This document shows positions 37,677 to 48,070 of a DNA stretch of 64,000 nucleotides, one piece after another; positions within the stretch are counted from its first letter, which is position 1, and every line of letters starts with the position of its first letter. Both the position numbers and the translations under genes were made by a program. The notes under the pieces were generated by a model that had not been told where the DNA came from, did no database searches, and saw only the letters and a list, made by a program, of their open reading frames with translations. The DNA comes from a virus, in IMG/VR virus record IMGVR_UViG_3300016472_000940, positions 32,001 to 96,000 of that record; one strand, given 5' to 3'.

Positions 37677-38939
37677 ATGGAAAGTAATTTTGCTGCAACT
37701 ACAGTCTATTCCAAGATATTAGACAAAGTAATTATAAAGGCGGCCTATGATCAAAACGATGATTTTCTGTTTTGGTCACTCTTTACTAATAATAAAAAGA
37801 CAATTAAAAGAGTATTTCCAGATCTAGATATTACTGATCTGGAGTTTAACACTGAAAAGCATGATCGTTTTGAAACTTTTGATTTAAAGCAAGGTAAAAA
37901 AACAATTATTGATCTTGACAAAATTGATTGTGTGTCTATACCTGAACTTCCGTTTGAATTTTCGCCAGTCTTTCTTTTCAATGAAAGATTTGAAAAGAAA
38001 GTCAAAACATTTCCCTATCAAAAAATTCAAAAGAAAACTATTTTTGAATTAAAAAAACATAGTATTATTTCAAACAAAGAATCTGCTATTCTTACTCCTA
38101 AAGTCACTTTTCTTACAAAAGTTAAACCTGGATGTGATATATTAGGCATTTCAAACAGCGAGGCCCTTTCAAACAAAAAAACAATACTCAAAACAGCATT
38201 TGCCAACTACAAGAAAGAGCTAAACAAACATTTTAAATTTCTTCTTACCGAGCTTACCCAGGAGCGAACAACCTTACAAAAACGATTAACCGAAGGATGT
38301 CCATTTGCTGCTGACTCACTTAAAACATTAGAGACACTTGAGATCTCGGCCAAAGAAGAACAAACAAGCATTAAACTTGAAAATTATTTGATACCTCTTG
38401 ATATGATTACTTCTTGGCCAAAGAGTCTACTACCATCCCCGGACTGGATAATTACTGATGATGTAACAATCAGTTGTATTAATAATTACAAGAGTGGTAT
38501 ATTATACAATAAAGCCTCTTTTGTTGATTTTTATACTAATATTGCAAAAAATATTACTTCCTTCTACAAGGTAAACATTACTAATAAAAACAACAACAAT
38601 ACAGAAGAAAAATTGTTGGGTATAAAACAGGAAGATGATGTAATAGAGCTTTTATCTATACCATTAGGTGATTATGTTGCAGAACAAACACCTATTGAGG
38701 CGCTTAACACTAGCGTATTTACTAATGCATATGCTATTCATCATCTTTTCTTTGAAATTGATGCTAACGGAAAGTTTGTTGAGAGCAATGTCAACTATTC
38801 TATTGAATTGAATAACGAAGCAATTTATATTAAAGACGCCACGGGTAACTTACTATTTGAAGCTGTTAAAGACAATACAGTTAATATTACAATCGACGAT
38901 ATAAATGACCGACTTAAGAAATTCCTAATCGTTGGGTAA
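37677..38939 (+). CDS. hypothetical protein (420 aa)
   Basis: Long ORF; helical middle ending in SWP..L.P, weakly like fibre-assembly proteins. Confidence 0.7.
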   Translation: MESNFAATTVYSKILDKVIIKAAYDQNDDFLFWSLFTNNKKTIKRVFPDLDITDLEFNTEKHDRFETFDLKQGKKTIIDLDKIDCVSIPELPFEFSPVFLFNERFEKKVKTFPYQKIQKKTIFELKKHSIISNKESAILTPKVTFLTKVKPGCDILGISNSEALSNKKTILKTAFANYKKELNKHFKFLLTELTQERTTLQKRLTEGCPFAADSLKTLETLEISAKEEQTSIKLENYLIPLDMITSWPKSLLPSPDWIITDDVTISCINNYKSGILYNKASFVDFYTNIAKNITSFYKVNITNKNNNNTEEKLLGIKQEDDVIELLSIPLGDYVAEQTPIEALNTSVFTNAYAIHHLFFEIDANGKFVESNVNYSIELNNEAIYIKDATGNLLFEAVKDNTVNITIDDINDRLKKFLIVG

Positions 38940-39852
38940 TATCAACAAACCTAGAAACTATACTTTGTTCGTCGTTCTCATTTTCTCGCGATTTAATATT
39001 TTGTAAGATATCTAAAAAATATTGTTCGCTTGTTGAATAGTTCACTAGCTTTTCAACAAAATCGTATGCACCATCTATTTCGATAAAATCTTTGCTAGGG
39101 GTACCAACAGCACATAGTGCTGGTTCTTTATTATAAAAACCTGGTATGTTGCAATAGAAAGACATAAACAGTCTGTTTGGATGCTTATAGCCAGCATAAT
39201 TATAGCCTATTTCCTTATTTCTAATAAAGAAAAATATATCCTCGTCGCCTTTATTATTATTAGCCGTACAGTTCAACCTAAACTCTATGTTTGATATCAT
39301 ATCTACTTTCTTTTTTGTATTGCAGTATTTTTTTATAAAAGCTTCTTTTTGCTCGATCAAATATAATAAATCTTTATCAATATTCTCATACAATCCCATA
39401 CATGTAGCCACTTTAGGTGGGAAGCATACTGTTGTTTTCTTCAGTCCAACCGGCAGGGGCTCTGGAAAATATAACAACTCTACTGAATATTTTTTCTCTA
39501 CAATTAACGAGGGATTAATATTACCTGAATAACCCGTACATGCTGTTAAATCGGCTGTTAGATATAAATTACACCCACCAATCAACGGCTTATCCGAAAC
39601 AAATTGTATCTTTTTTGCTGGTGTATTGAAGTTAAATGCATCTAGGTTATCAAAATGGAAAAAAATTGCATCGCTTGCTCGAGTATTACTTAAATCTCTA
39701 ACCAGCTCTATGTTTTGAATGCCGTTATTTTTCAATATCCAATATACATACGAAGAATAAACATCTCTTCCTTTAAACGATTTATAACAATTATAAAGAG
39801 AGGGAAGCTCTCTATAATTTGGAAGCAACGTCTTTGTAGGGAAGTAAATCAT
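38914..39852 (-). CDS. putative GT-B glycosyltransferase
   Basis: P.P.GL, YKHPNRLF.SFYCNIPG...E.A.....DFIEI resembles the C-terminal GT-B donor-binding domain. Confidence 0.5.
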   Translation of the reverse strand: MIYFPTKTLLPNYRELPSLYNCYKSFKGRDVYSSYVYWILKNNGIQNIELVRDLSNTRASDAIFFHFDNLDAFNFNTPAKKIQFVSDKPLIGGCNLYLTADLTACTGYSGNINPSLIVEKKYSVELLYFPEPLPVGLKKTTVCFPPKVATCMGLYENIDKDLLYLIEQKEAFIKKYCNTKKKVDMISNIEFRLNCTANNNKGDEDIFFFIRNKEIGYNYAGYKHPNRLFMSFYCNIPGFYNKEPALCAVGTPSKDFIEIDGAYDFVEKLVNYSTSEQYFLDILQNIKSRENENDEQSIVSRFVDITQRLGIS

Positions 39853-40622
39853 TTTCTGTTTACCATAATAAACTCTGACCAGACAACAGGTAAATTATAC
39901 TTACTTTGTTGCGTATGATACTTCCCATATTCGGTGAGAGTTTTTTTGTCTAAAAACGTACACTCACAATCTTCGAAATTAATATTAGGTCTTATTTTTC
40001 TATATAAATCTTTGCGGTAATTTCTTAAATTTGTCGTAGTTTTATCAATGAGAAAAAATCTTTCGAATAGCTGCAAACTTTGACGGTATTTTATTGGCAG
40101 AAAGAAGAAGATATTATACCATCCCCAATATGTTTTATCTTTTTTTGCTTTTGAATGTAGATTTAAATCTAAGATGTATATATGCCCGCCCGGCTTGACA
40201 ACTCGGCGTATTTCCTTACATACTTTCTCCTTGTTTAGTGCATGTGAAAAGCTTTCTATAAAATAACACCCGTCGAAGGAATTATCTCTAAAATCTAAAT
40301 TTTCAAAATTTTGAAGGGATATAATGCAACGGTCTGTGCATTTACTAGCAGCAATGTCTACTTGCTTTTGACTTAACGTCACGCCAGTTATGTTTATATT
40401 CTTATTATTCTTACTAGCTTTTAAGGAAAAAGAAAAATCACCGCATCCAGCATCGAGGTATGACCCAGGTTTCTTAAAAATCTTTTTATATAATATATTA
40501 TCATGTTCATCGAGAAACTGGTGGAATCTAAACGATTGCGTTCTTCTGTACGTATCTATCCAAGCCCGTGTAGTAGTATTATAGTAAATACCTACCTTAG
40601 TATAATGTTCAGCTAAATTCAT
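39849..40622 (-). CDS. class I SAM-dependent methyltransferase (sterol/tocopherol-MT-like)
   Basis: YLDAGCG, ITGVTLSQKQV, F.DNSFD..YFIES.SH, RVVKPGG. Confidence 0.9.
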   Translation of the reverse strand: MNLAEHYTKVGIYYNTTTRAWIDTYRRTQSFRFHQFLDEHDNILYKKIFKKPGSYLDAGCGDFSFSLKASKNNKNINITGVTLSQKQVDIAASKCTDRCIISLQNFENLDFRDNSFDGCYFIESFSHALNKEKVCKEIRRVVKPGGHIYILDLNLHSKAKKDKTYWGWYNIFFFLPIKYRQSLQLFERFFLIDKTTTNLRNYRKDLYRKIRPNINFEDCECTFLDKKTLTEYGKYHTQQSKYNLPVVWSEFIMVNRK

Positions 40623-41368
40623 AAATGCGAGATAGTATCTACTTCACCTGCTTTTTCTAATTTTAAATAATCTTTCGGATATATGTAGGCCGAATACTCT
40701 ATATTCGTTAAGTATGCACCGTAATTCTTATAAATCAAATTTTTAGGTAATTTAGGAAAGTTTTTTTGAAAACAATTTTTATCAGAATTAAGCATTATTA
40801 TCTTTGAACCAAAATTTGTTTCGGTGTATTCGACAGTATCACAGGAAATATCTATATTAAGATTTCTACTAAAATACTCTTTGGCCATGTTATTTTTGAA
40901 ATAAATGTAATTTTTTAAGAATTTAGATTGTCCTCTGTATTCGTATGATATACCGTATATTTCATCACCGGTAAATATTCTCTCAGGCAAAAAAACTGTC
41001 TTATGTTTTGCCATAGCGGGGCTTGAATAGAATATTGACGGTACTTTGAAGTGAAACTGCCTTACAAGCCCGCTGTTTGTTTTCTTAATAGCAAATGTAA
41101 CTCCACGCTTACATACCGGATTATCAGAGAAATCTGCAAATCTATATACATTTAGCAAATCTTCTTCAGTTGGTAAAAATTGCAGAGCTTGCTGTTTGCT
41201 AAGAAAAAACGATGTTGTAAAGTAAAATTTTTCCGAGATTATATTTTTGTCACGATCTACGTTTATTCCTAGTATGTTGCCTCTGCAAAATTTATTATTT
41301 GAATCTATTTTTCTATAGTTTATAATAAATTTAGAAACCTCAGGGTCTTTTAATAACGTCTCAAACAC
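40619..41368 (-). CDS. hypothetical protein, possible ABBA prenyltransferase-like beta-barrel
   Basis: Start reassigned to GTG 41368; five beta-hairpin-like segments with K-x-Y motifs; paralog of 46813-47463. Confidence 0.5.
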   Translation of the reverse strand: MFETLLKDPEVSKFIINYRKIDSNNKFCRGNILGINVDRDKNIISEKFYFTTSFFLSKQQALQFLPTEEDLLNVYRFADFSDNPVCKRGVTFAIKKTNSGLVRQFHFKVPSIFYSSPAMAKHKTVFLPERIFTGDEIYGISYEYRGQSKFLKNYIYFKNNMAKEYFSRNLNIDISCDTVEYTETNFGSKIIMLNSDKNCFQKNFPKLPKNLIYKNYGAYLTNIEYSAYIYPKDYLKLEKAGEVDTISHL

Positions 41369-41381
41369 GATAATATATAAT

Positions 41382-42668
41382 ATGTGTAGTTTTTCCTTTT
41401 CAACTAATTCCAACGATTTAAACGTATTAAGATCTAATAATATCTTTCTTAGCAAGCGCGGCCCAGACCATACTAGCATAGTTGACCAAGATGGAATTTG
41501 TGCTATACATAACTTATTACACATTACAGGCATTCGAACTGTTCAGCCTGTACGAAGTAAAGACTTACTCGTGTTTTTTAATGGTGAAATTTATAATTAC
41601 CCAAAAAAGTATAAAAATGATTCTTTAGCGTTGCCACATTTCTTTAAAAGTATAGATAAGTTTCATTCTGTGGTAGATGGTGAATATGCAATAGTTTTTT
41701 ATGATAAAAAGAATGAATTGGTCTACTTCTTAAGAGATATTTTTGGTACAAAGCCATTATATTACTCTACCGCAAATAATAAACTACTTCTATCTTCTCT
41801 TAAGAGCGGTCTTCATAATTTAACTGAAAACATTCAGACCGTGCTACCAAATGCCATTTATATATATAATATACGTAATAAGAAGTTAACAATTAAACAC
41901 AACATACATAAGTTTGACATTAATCAAAAAAAATCGGATTTATCAGACTTTAATACCGCTCTCAAGAATGCTGTACGCAAGCGGGTGCCCAAACAAAAAT
42001 TTTGTGTTGGACTTTCAAGCGGTATTGACAGCGGTACTATTGCTCTCTTAACTTGTAAGCGTAAAAATTCAAATTTTATTTCTATTTTAAATAACGAAAA
42101 TAAAGAAATAATTTTTCAGCGTAGTAGTATTATTGGTGGCAAGCTAACAACCTATACGTTTGATACGCGAGCTAAAACTGCTGCATTTAAAACTCTATTA
42201 CAGCAATCTGAACCTGAAACCTATTTAGGGTATAATTATTTTACAGATTCCTCATCTTTTTGTCTTTCTTATATTGGACAATTTTGCAATAAGAACAATA
42301 TAAAGGTATTTTTATCTGGTACGGGCGCGGATGAAATTTATTCTGATTACGGGTTTAATGGTTATAAGTTTACAGATAATAGTTGCTTTGGTGGTCTCTA
42401 TCCCGCGGATCTAGCAACAATATTTCCGTGGAAAAATTTTTATGGTGGTACAATGGACCAGTATCTCGAAAAAGATGAAAAAATACTCGGTTCTTTTGGT
42501 ATAGAAACCAGATATCCTTTCCTTGATAAGCAACTGGTTCAAGAGTTTTTATGGCTAACACCCGCCGTAAAAAATAGGTATTATAAGTATTGCTTTGTGG
42601 ACAAATTAACTAAAGCTCGATTTCCGTTTTGGACTGAAAAGAAAGGATTTTCTTGTGAAAAGAAGTGA
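41382..42668 (+). CDS. asparagine synthetase B-like glutamine amidotransferase
   Basis: Cys2 Ntn nucleophile, RGPD, NGEIYN, RD.FG.KPLYY, LSSGIDS, SGTGADE, ETRYPFLD. Confidence 0.9.
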   Translation: MCSFSFSTNSNDLNVLRSNNIFLSKRGPDHTSIVDQDGICAIHNLLHITGIRTVQPVRSKDLLVFFNGEIYNYPKKYKNDSLALPHFFKSIDKFHSVVDGEYAIVFYDKKNELVYFLRDIFGTKPLYYSTANNKLLLSSLKSGLHNLTENIQTVLPNAIYIYNIRNKKLTIKHNIHKFDINQKKSDLSDFNTALKNAVRKRVPKQKFCVGLSSGIDSGTIALLTCKRKNSNFISILNNENKEIIFQRSSIIGGKLTTYTFDTRAKTAAFKTLLQQSEPETYLGYNYFTDSSSFCLSYIGQFCNKNNIKVFLSGTGADEIYSDYGFNGYKFTDNSCFGGLYPADLATIFPWKNFYGGTMDQYLEKDEKILGSFGIETRYPFLDKQLVQEFLWLTPAVKNRYYKYCFVDKLTKARFPFWTEKKGFSCEKK

Positions 42669-43452
42669 TCATTCCTTAGTTTTCGTGTTAGATTCTAGTT
42701 ATTATTTAGACCTATTTAAAATAGCTTTATATAGCATACAGAAAAATAACGACATTTCGACGATAGATATTAATTTATTTGTGTTGCCAGACCAAGAGAT
42801 TTTCTTTACCAAGATCTTAGATAAGTTTAATTTTAAAAACAAGTTTATTCATATAATTAATACTAAGAAATACGATACTATAGAGTTTGCTAAACAAAGA
42901 GACTGGCTCTTTTCACCTGCATATAGGTTCGAAATCTTTAAACTCAAAAAATACAAAAGCATACTCTACATGGATACAGATATTCTTGTTATTTCAAATT
43001 TTCTTGATATCTTTCAAATGGATAAACTAAGCGTATGTAATTTACATCGTGTGACTAACAATTATTATTTTGAGAATAAATTTCAAGGATTTAATGCTGG
43101 TGTAATGCTCATACCACAAGCTTTTTTGAAGGCTAAAATAGCGAGCGATTTAATTAAACTATGTAAAAAAACTAAATTTAACGGTAATCAAGAACCACTA
43201 AACCTCTATTTTAAAGATTATATTAATTTTTTACCTCAATCGTATAACACGACAACAGATTTATTGACAGTAGAAAATTTAGAGGTAGCAAAAATAATAC
43301 ATTTTATTGGTCTTGAGAAATATAATTTCAATGAAAATAAGCTCTATTTTTCTAGCTATGTAAATAAGTTTTTATCAGATTTCTTAAAAGCCAAGCTAAA
43401 CAATATCTATAATAAATATTTTTTAGAGGCTAGACAATTTTATAATGAATGA
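42655..43452 (+). CDS. glycosyltransferase family 8
   Basis: LYMDTDILV, FNAGVMLI, NQEPLN, LPQSYN, IIHFIG. Confidence 0.85.
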   Translation: MKRSDHSLVFVLDSSYYLDLFKIALYSIQKNNDISTIDINLFVLPDQEIFFTKILDKFNFKNKFIHIINTKKYDTIEFAKQRDWLFSPAYRFEIFKLKKYKSILYMDTDILVISNFLDIFQMDKLSVCNLHRVTNNYYFENKFQGFNAGVMLIPQAFLKAKIASDLIKLCKKTKFNGNQEPLNLYFKDYINFLPQSYNTTTDLLTVENLEVAKIIHFIGLEKYNFNENKLYFSSYVNKFLSDFLKAKLNNIYNKYFLEARQFYNE

Positions 43453-43651
43453 TGTTTACAAGGTTTCATTAGATTTTTTTAACTTTAATCTTCCATGTCC
43501 AAAAGAGATACCGAATTGTGAAGAATATAGAAAAGAGTATTATAGTAAGGTAAAGTTCGTTGAATCGCTAGGTGTTTGTACTCCATGTGAGGTAACAAAC
43601 ATAAAAAACTTTTATATCATATTATTCAAAGAATTGCTCGGCAAAACATAA
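43445..43651 (+). CDS. small Cys-containing protein
   Basis: PCP..IPNC and CTPC; coupled to GT8. Confidence 0.6.
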   Translation: MNDVYKVSLDFFNFNLPCPKEIPNCEEYRKEYYSKVKFVESLGVCTPCEVTNIKNFYIILFKELLGKT

Positions 43652-44160
43652 CCATCAGTATCATATTGCGGCTCTACATCGCTATCAGCTAAGATTAATC
43701 GCCCCTCTTCACCTGTAGTGTTTTCAGGGGTTATTACATCATTATCCATAATAAGAAACTTAACTAACCAGGCGTTTTGATCAATCATGTTCACCTTCAT
43801 TAATTTAAAACTATCTTTACCAATAAACCCCGCGTAGTTGGCTTCCCCTCCAGCTGTTTGAAGATTGAGGGCACCATAGGCATCAGCATCTTGTAATGCT
43901 GTAATTGTAAAAATACCGTCATTATTCTGTGTAACGCGAATATCTTGGTCTTGAAGGCTATTATCAAGCGGCGCTAATATTTTTAACCGAAAATCTGCTG
44001 TTCTGTTTTCTAGGTTAAAACTTAATTTTGTATATTTTATTCTGACTAATTGTAATTTAAAATCTGTAGAATTTTCAAAAAAAGCTAAGTCTTTATGACA
44101 ATGAAAATAGGTACTATACCACATATAGTTTCTATTTAAAAGGTTAAAATTAACCGCCAT
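43612..44160 (-). CDS. hypothetical protein with late promoter (likely paralog of 48863-49267)
   Basis: TAAATA at 44170-44175; KDSF...NAWLVKFLIM motif. Confidence 0.7.
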   Translation of the reverse strand: MAVNFNLLNRNYMWYSTYFHCHKDLAFFENSTDFKLQLVRIKYTKLSFNLENRTADFRLKILAPLDNSLQDQDIRVTQNNDGIFTITALQDADAYGALNLQTAGGEANYAGFIGKDSFKLMKVNMIDQNAWLVKFLIMDNDVITPENTTGEEGRLILADSDVEPQYDTDGYVLPSNSLNNMI

Positions 44161-44220
44161 AAGCGCTATTATTTATGTATAGTTTATGGAAAAACTATAT
44201 TTTCAATATAATATAATTAT

Positions 44221-45048
44221 ATGCTTAAGAATAATATAGACAATAGAAAGCTATATACTGATGGCTATATTATTCTTCGAGGTGTTATAGATAAAAATAT
44301 ACTATCAAGACTTAGGGCTTTTTACGAGCAAAATATTAAACAAGCAAAATTTGATATATATTGTGGCAAGGGCATTAATCATGTCAATACAGCAATGAGT
44401 CCAAACAAAACTTACAAAAAAAATGTATTAAAAATTGTTAGGAAAGAGCTCCAACCAGTAGTAGACGAGCTATTCGAAGAATTTAAAATTGTTATTGCAA
44501 ATTATATTATAAAGTATCCTGGTGGTGAAAATGAATGCAAAGTGCATCAAGACATCTCTTTAATCGAAGAAGACGACACATCTTCATCTTATACAATATG
44601 GTTTACTCTCGACACAGTAGATGCAAAATCAAGCCCACTTTATGCAGTACCCCGCACACACCATACGTTAAGAAACTTTATTAGAGGCGTCGGCGTAACA
44701 CTGAATCTCAATAAGTACCGAGATAAACTAATTCCAAAAGCAACAACACTATTACCTTTTAATGCAGGCGATATGTTAGTGATGAATCCCCGCGTGATTC
44801 ACGGGTCACTGCCTGTATCTGATAATCATGATACTAGGATCGCCATTGGAATAGGTATTATACCATGCTCAAAAAAGCATGTTTTGTATATTAAAGAAAA
44901 CGACGTAGTAAAAAAATATTTTGTTAACGAAGAAACAATGCTAAATTATAATCCTGAAAAAAAATACAAATTTAAGGAAGAATATGAAATTATTTCGCCA
45001 ACAGAGATTGACTACGAACAATACAAAAAAATTTTAGAAAATATCTAA
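44221..45048 (+). CDS. phytanoyl-CoA dioxygenase (PhyH)-like 2OG-Fe(II) oxygenase
   Basis: DGYIILR, VHQD, TIWFTLD, VPRTH, AGD....PRVIHGS...RIA. Confidence 0.85.
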   Translation: MLKNNIDNRKLYTDGYIILRGVIDKNILSRLRAFYEQNIKQAKFDIYCGKGINHVNTAMSPNKTYKKNVLKIVRKELQPVVDELFEEFKIVIANYIIKYPGGENECKVHQDISLIEEDDTSSSYTIWFTLDTVDAKSSPLYAVPRTHHTLRNFIRGVGVTLNLNKYRDKLIPKATTLLPFNAGDMLVMNPRVIHGSLPVSDNHDTRIAIGIGIIPCSKKHVLYIKENDVVKKYFVNEETMLNYNPEKKYKFKEEYEIISPTEIDYEQYKKILENI

Positions 45049-45737
45049 TGCAACTTAAAGATTATTGCAATACCCCGTATAGCTTACAATATATAAAATA
45101 TTTAAACTACGTACGTGTCTTTAATTCTGAACCTTTTTTATATAAAGATAAAAAACTAGAAAATCTATACGTGCCATGCTGTGGATTTAAGGGTGTGTAT
45201 TTGAACTACAAATATGCGTTTAAAAAAATAGTTTTATACGATATTAGCCCAGCTCAAATTCATTTTTATACATTTTTAATACAAAATTGGGATGGTAGAA
45301 AAGAACTGTCAAGTCTCATTAAAGAGTTTAAAAACAATTATAAAAATTCTATATTTAAAACCGATATTACTAATACCCCTCTAAAGTTTTACGATAAAAA
45401 ATTTTATGAAATGCTTAGACAATATTATAAAAACAAAAAAGAATTTATATGTGCGTGGGCAAAATTTTTACAGACCGAAAAAGAGATTGTAGTTTTAGAT
45501 ATAACCAGAGACTTTAACAAAATTAAAACAGCACAAAGTAGCTACTATTCGCTGAGTAACATTTTTGACTTTGAAGTTACATCCTGCTTTCTTACACCCT
45601 CACAAAGACAAGAAAAATTTAAGCAGTGTATGCAGCATTTAGCAAAAAGCAAAAATAGTTTATTCGAGTTTTATTTTGACAATAACAACGGGGTTTTTAC
45701 CTCAAAAGAAATCCACAGCATAATTAATCATATATGA
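45048..45737 (+). CDS. hypothetical protein, methyltransferase-like Rossmann fold
   Basis: LYVPCCGF..IVLYDISPAQ...VVLDI...LSNIF. Confidence 0.5.
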   Translation: MQLKDYCNTPYSLQYIKYLNYVRVFNSEPFLYKDKKLENLYVPCCGFKGVYLNYKYAFKKIVLYDISPAQIHFYTFLIQNWDGRKELSSLIKEFKNNYKNSIFKTDITNTPLKFYDKKFYEMLRQYYKNKKEFICAWAKFLQTEKEIVVLDITRDFNKIKTAQSSYYSLSNIFDFEVTSCFLTPSQRQEKFKQCMQHLAKSKNSLFEFYFDNNNGVFTSKEIHSIINHI

Positions 45738-46816
45738 CACAAGAAGAATTTCTAGAACAACGAGAAAAAATAGGTCAACTGTGTAGTGCACCCTTTAACT
45801 CGCTTTACATTGGACAGAGAGGTCATTTTTTTGTTTGCTGCGCAAATAGATTTTATAAACTAGGCACTTACCCTGAACAAACTATAATGGAAATTTGGAA
45901 TGGAAAGCCACTACAAAAGATAAGAAACGAGATGAAAAAAATGAAATTTAATGTGGGTTGTGGCCATTGTAGCCATAATTTAAAATGTGGTAATTTTGGA
46001 ACGTTAAAGATTCCGTTTTACGACTATAAAAACACCACAGATAATTTAAAATATCCACTACGATTAGATTTAGAGCTAGATAATACCTGTAATCTAGAAT
46101 GTATTATGTGTAACGGGAATCATTCCTCATCAATTCGAAAAAATAGAGAAAACTTACCAAAATACATTACCCCGTATAACGACAAGTTTTATAAGGAGCT
46201 TTTTACTATATTGCCCCATGTAAGGAGAATAGACTTTTATGGAGGCGAACCGTTTCTTATTCCCGGGTATTTTAAAATTCTAGACTTTGCAAGTGAAAAT
46301 AAGCTAGATATTAATTTCTATCTTCAGACTAACGGTACTATTTTAAATAGTAAGATAGAAAAATATTTAACAGAAATGGACATTGATGTAGGTATTAGTA
46401 TGGATGCTGGCACCAAGGAGTTGTATGAAAAAATTAGAGTAAATGCAAAGTTTGACAGGGTTATAAAAAATATAGAAAAAATAAACAACATTCTTACAGC
46501 AAAGAAAAAAACAATGTCTATAAGTTCAGTGGTGATGGGCAATAACATTTTAGATATTCACAATATTGTTAATATTGCTAATCATTTTAATGCAAAGGTG
46601 TATTTTCACAAACTAATGTTTCCTCGTAGGCTTTCTCTTGAAGGTGTCGATGAAACGGCCTTACAAAATGTTTATAAGGTAATGTCATCAAAGAAATTTT
46701 TTCTTATAAACCCTACACGTGTACAGTTAGGAAACATTACAAAGTATAGAGACTTAGTAAATGAGATAAAATATTATAAAGATAGTAAAGTACCTGCTAA
46801 TGCTAATTATCTATGA
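45734..46816 (+). CDS. radical SAM enzyme with N-terminal Twitch/SPASM domain
   Basis: C.APF...CC...IWNG...CGHC, then CNLECIMC, GGEPF, TNGT, SMDA...YEKIR. Confidence 0.9.
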   Translation: MTQEEFLEQREKIGQLCSAPFNSLYIGQRGHFFVCCANRFYKLGTYPEQTIMEIWNGKPLQKIRNEMKKMKFNVGCGHCSHNLKCGNFGTLKIPFYDYKNTTDNLKYPLRLDLELDNTCNLECIMCNGNHSSSIRKNRENLPKYITPYNDKFYKELFTILPHVRRIDFYGGEPFLIPGYFKILDFASENKLDINFYLQTNGTILNSKIEKYLTEMDIDVGISMDAGTKELYEKIRVNAKFDRVIKNIEKINNILTAKKKTMSISSVVMGNNILDIHNIVNIANHFNAKVYFHKLMFPRRLSLEGVDETALQNVYKVMSSKKFFLINPTRVQLGNITKYRDLVNEIKYYKDSKVPANANYL

Positions 46817-47463
46817 ATATAAAGGATGTCTTTAATAATAGTACAGTAAGTTTTATTGGTTATAATTACAATAATTTTAAGCAAATATCTATTAAAAAGT
46901 ATTTTACTGTAAATGAAGATTTTTTTCTTTTTTTTGTAAGAAGAGAGCTTAATTTAAATATTTCTCTTGATAATGAATCGCATAGTAATGAAATGGGCTT
47001 AAAGCAGCCATGTATTTGTTTTAAAACATTAAAAAATAAAAACTATATTTCAGTATATTATAAAGAAACGGTTATAGGGAATAATATATACGAAGATTAC
47101 TGCTTAAATGCTTTTGAAAAACAAGAAAATCAAATTTACTTTAAAAAATATAATTATTCAAAAAATAAAAATTTTATAAGCAAAATACTTAAAAAATATT
47201 CTATTCAAAACAATAATTTTTATGGTATTGAAATTTGTAATGGAAATAGCTACAGAAATAGTGGAAGTAGTGATAAAATAGCAATTATAGATGAAAAGAG
47301 TAATTACCAAAAATTAAAAATCTTTAATTCTTCTTTTATTAATTTAGAAATTCCAAATAATCAGTTAATAGCTTATGGTAAAGATTTACATTCAACAGTA
47401 AGCAGTTATTACTTTACAAATGCTGTGACGTGGAAGCTTCCAGAAAAATTAATATATAATTAA
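46813..47463 (+). CDS. hypothetical protein, possible ABBA prenyltransferase-like barrel (paralog of 40619-41368)
   Basis: FIGYN..ISIKKYFT, FKKYNY, AYGKDL..SSYYF align with the 40619 protein. Confidence 0.5.
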   Translation: MNIKDVFNNSTVSFIGYNYNNFKQISIKKYFTVNEDFFLFFVRRELNLNISLDNESHSNEMGLKQPCICFKTLKNKNYISVYYKETVIGNNIYEDYCLNAFEKQENQIYFKKYNYSKNKNFISKILKKYSIQNNNFYGIEICNGNSYRNSGSSDKIAIIDEKSNYQKLKIFNSSFINLEIPNNQLIAYGKDLHSTVSSYYFTNAVTWKLPEKLIYN

Positions 47464-47464
47464 A

Positions 47465-48070
47465 ATGAAGCTGTTTAGATCATTAAACGAATATCCTGAA
47501 TTTAAAGATCTTTTGAATAATATTCATATAATTAAAGAAGAATATTTAAATTTTCTAAATAATAATTTATACATTAGTAGAAATTTACAATTTAAAAAAG
47601 CGCATTTAAAAACCATTGAATGGATAAAACAACAGAAAAACGATGAAACGTACTATCAGGAAGGAAAAAATGCAAATAATTGGATTGTTATTCCTCTATT
47701 TAAAAGAAAGTTCTGTTTTTTAAAAGAGTTTCAGGAAACAAATAAACTATTAAAGAAAATTAAAAGTTTAAATTTTGCAGGATATTTTTGCTTAAAATCA
47801 AATCAGAGTATACCATACCACAAGCACGATACTAAAACAGTTATTATACATATAAATCTTTTTCCTCTTAAAAAAGGTAGAACATTTACATATTTAGATG
47901 AAAGTTTGAATGGAGATCCTAATACAGTAGAAGAATACTCTTCTTATTTTGAAAAAAAATATATGGAGAAAGAGGGAGACTATGTTATCTTTAATCCATT
48001 TTTATATCACTGTGCTAAAAACAAATCACTAACAGATAGAATTACTTTTGGAGTTGAAATAAAAATATAG
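47465..48070 (+). CDS. aspartyl/asparaginyl beta-hydroxylase-like cupin
   Basis: W.VIPLF, F.ET..LL, IPYHKH, GDYVIF....YHCAKN.S..DRI. Confidence 0.8.
   Translation: MKLFRSLNEYPEFKDLLNNIHIIKEEYLNFLNNNLYISRNLQFKKAHLKTIEWIKQQKNDETYYQEGKNANNWIVIPLFKRKFCFLKEFQETNKLLKKIKSLNFAGYFCLKSNQSIPYHKHDTKTVIIHINLFPLKKGRTFTYLDESLNGDPNTVEEYSSYFEKKYMEKEGDYVIFNPFLYHCAKNKSLTDRITFGVEIKI

Noticed and set aside
41369-41533. N-terminal extension of the 40619 ORF in the ORF track
   Set aside because: Overlaps the conserved asnB N-terminus on the other strand; GTG 41368 fits the local promoter pattern.
41382-42668. AsnB homologue as lasso peptide cyclase
   Set aside because: Glutaminase domain with Cys2 is intact, and no B1/B2 proteins or lasso precursor were found nearby.
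43445-43651. Cys peptide as RiPP precursor for the radical SAM enzyme
   Set aside because: Looks like a small helical CxxC protein without leader/core organisation; no RRE, protease or exporter. Not excluded, but unsupported.
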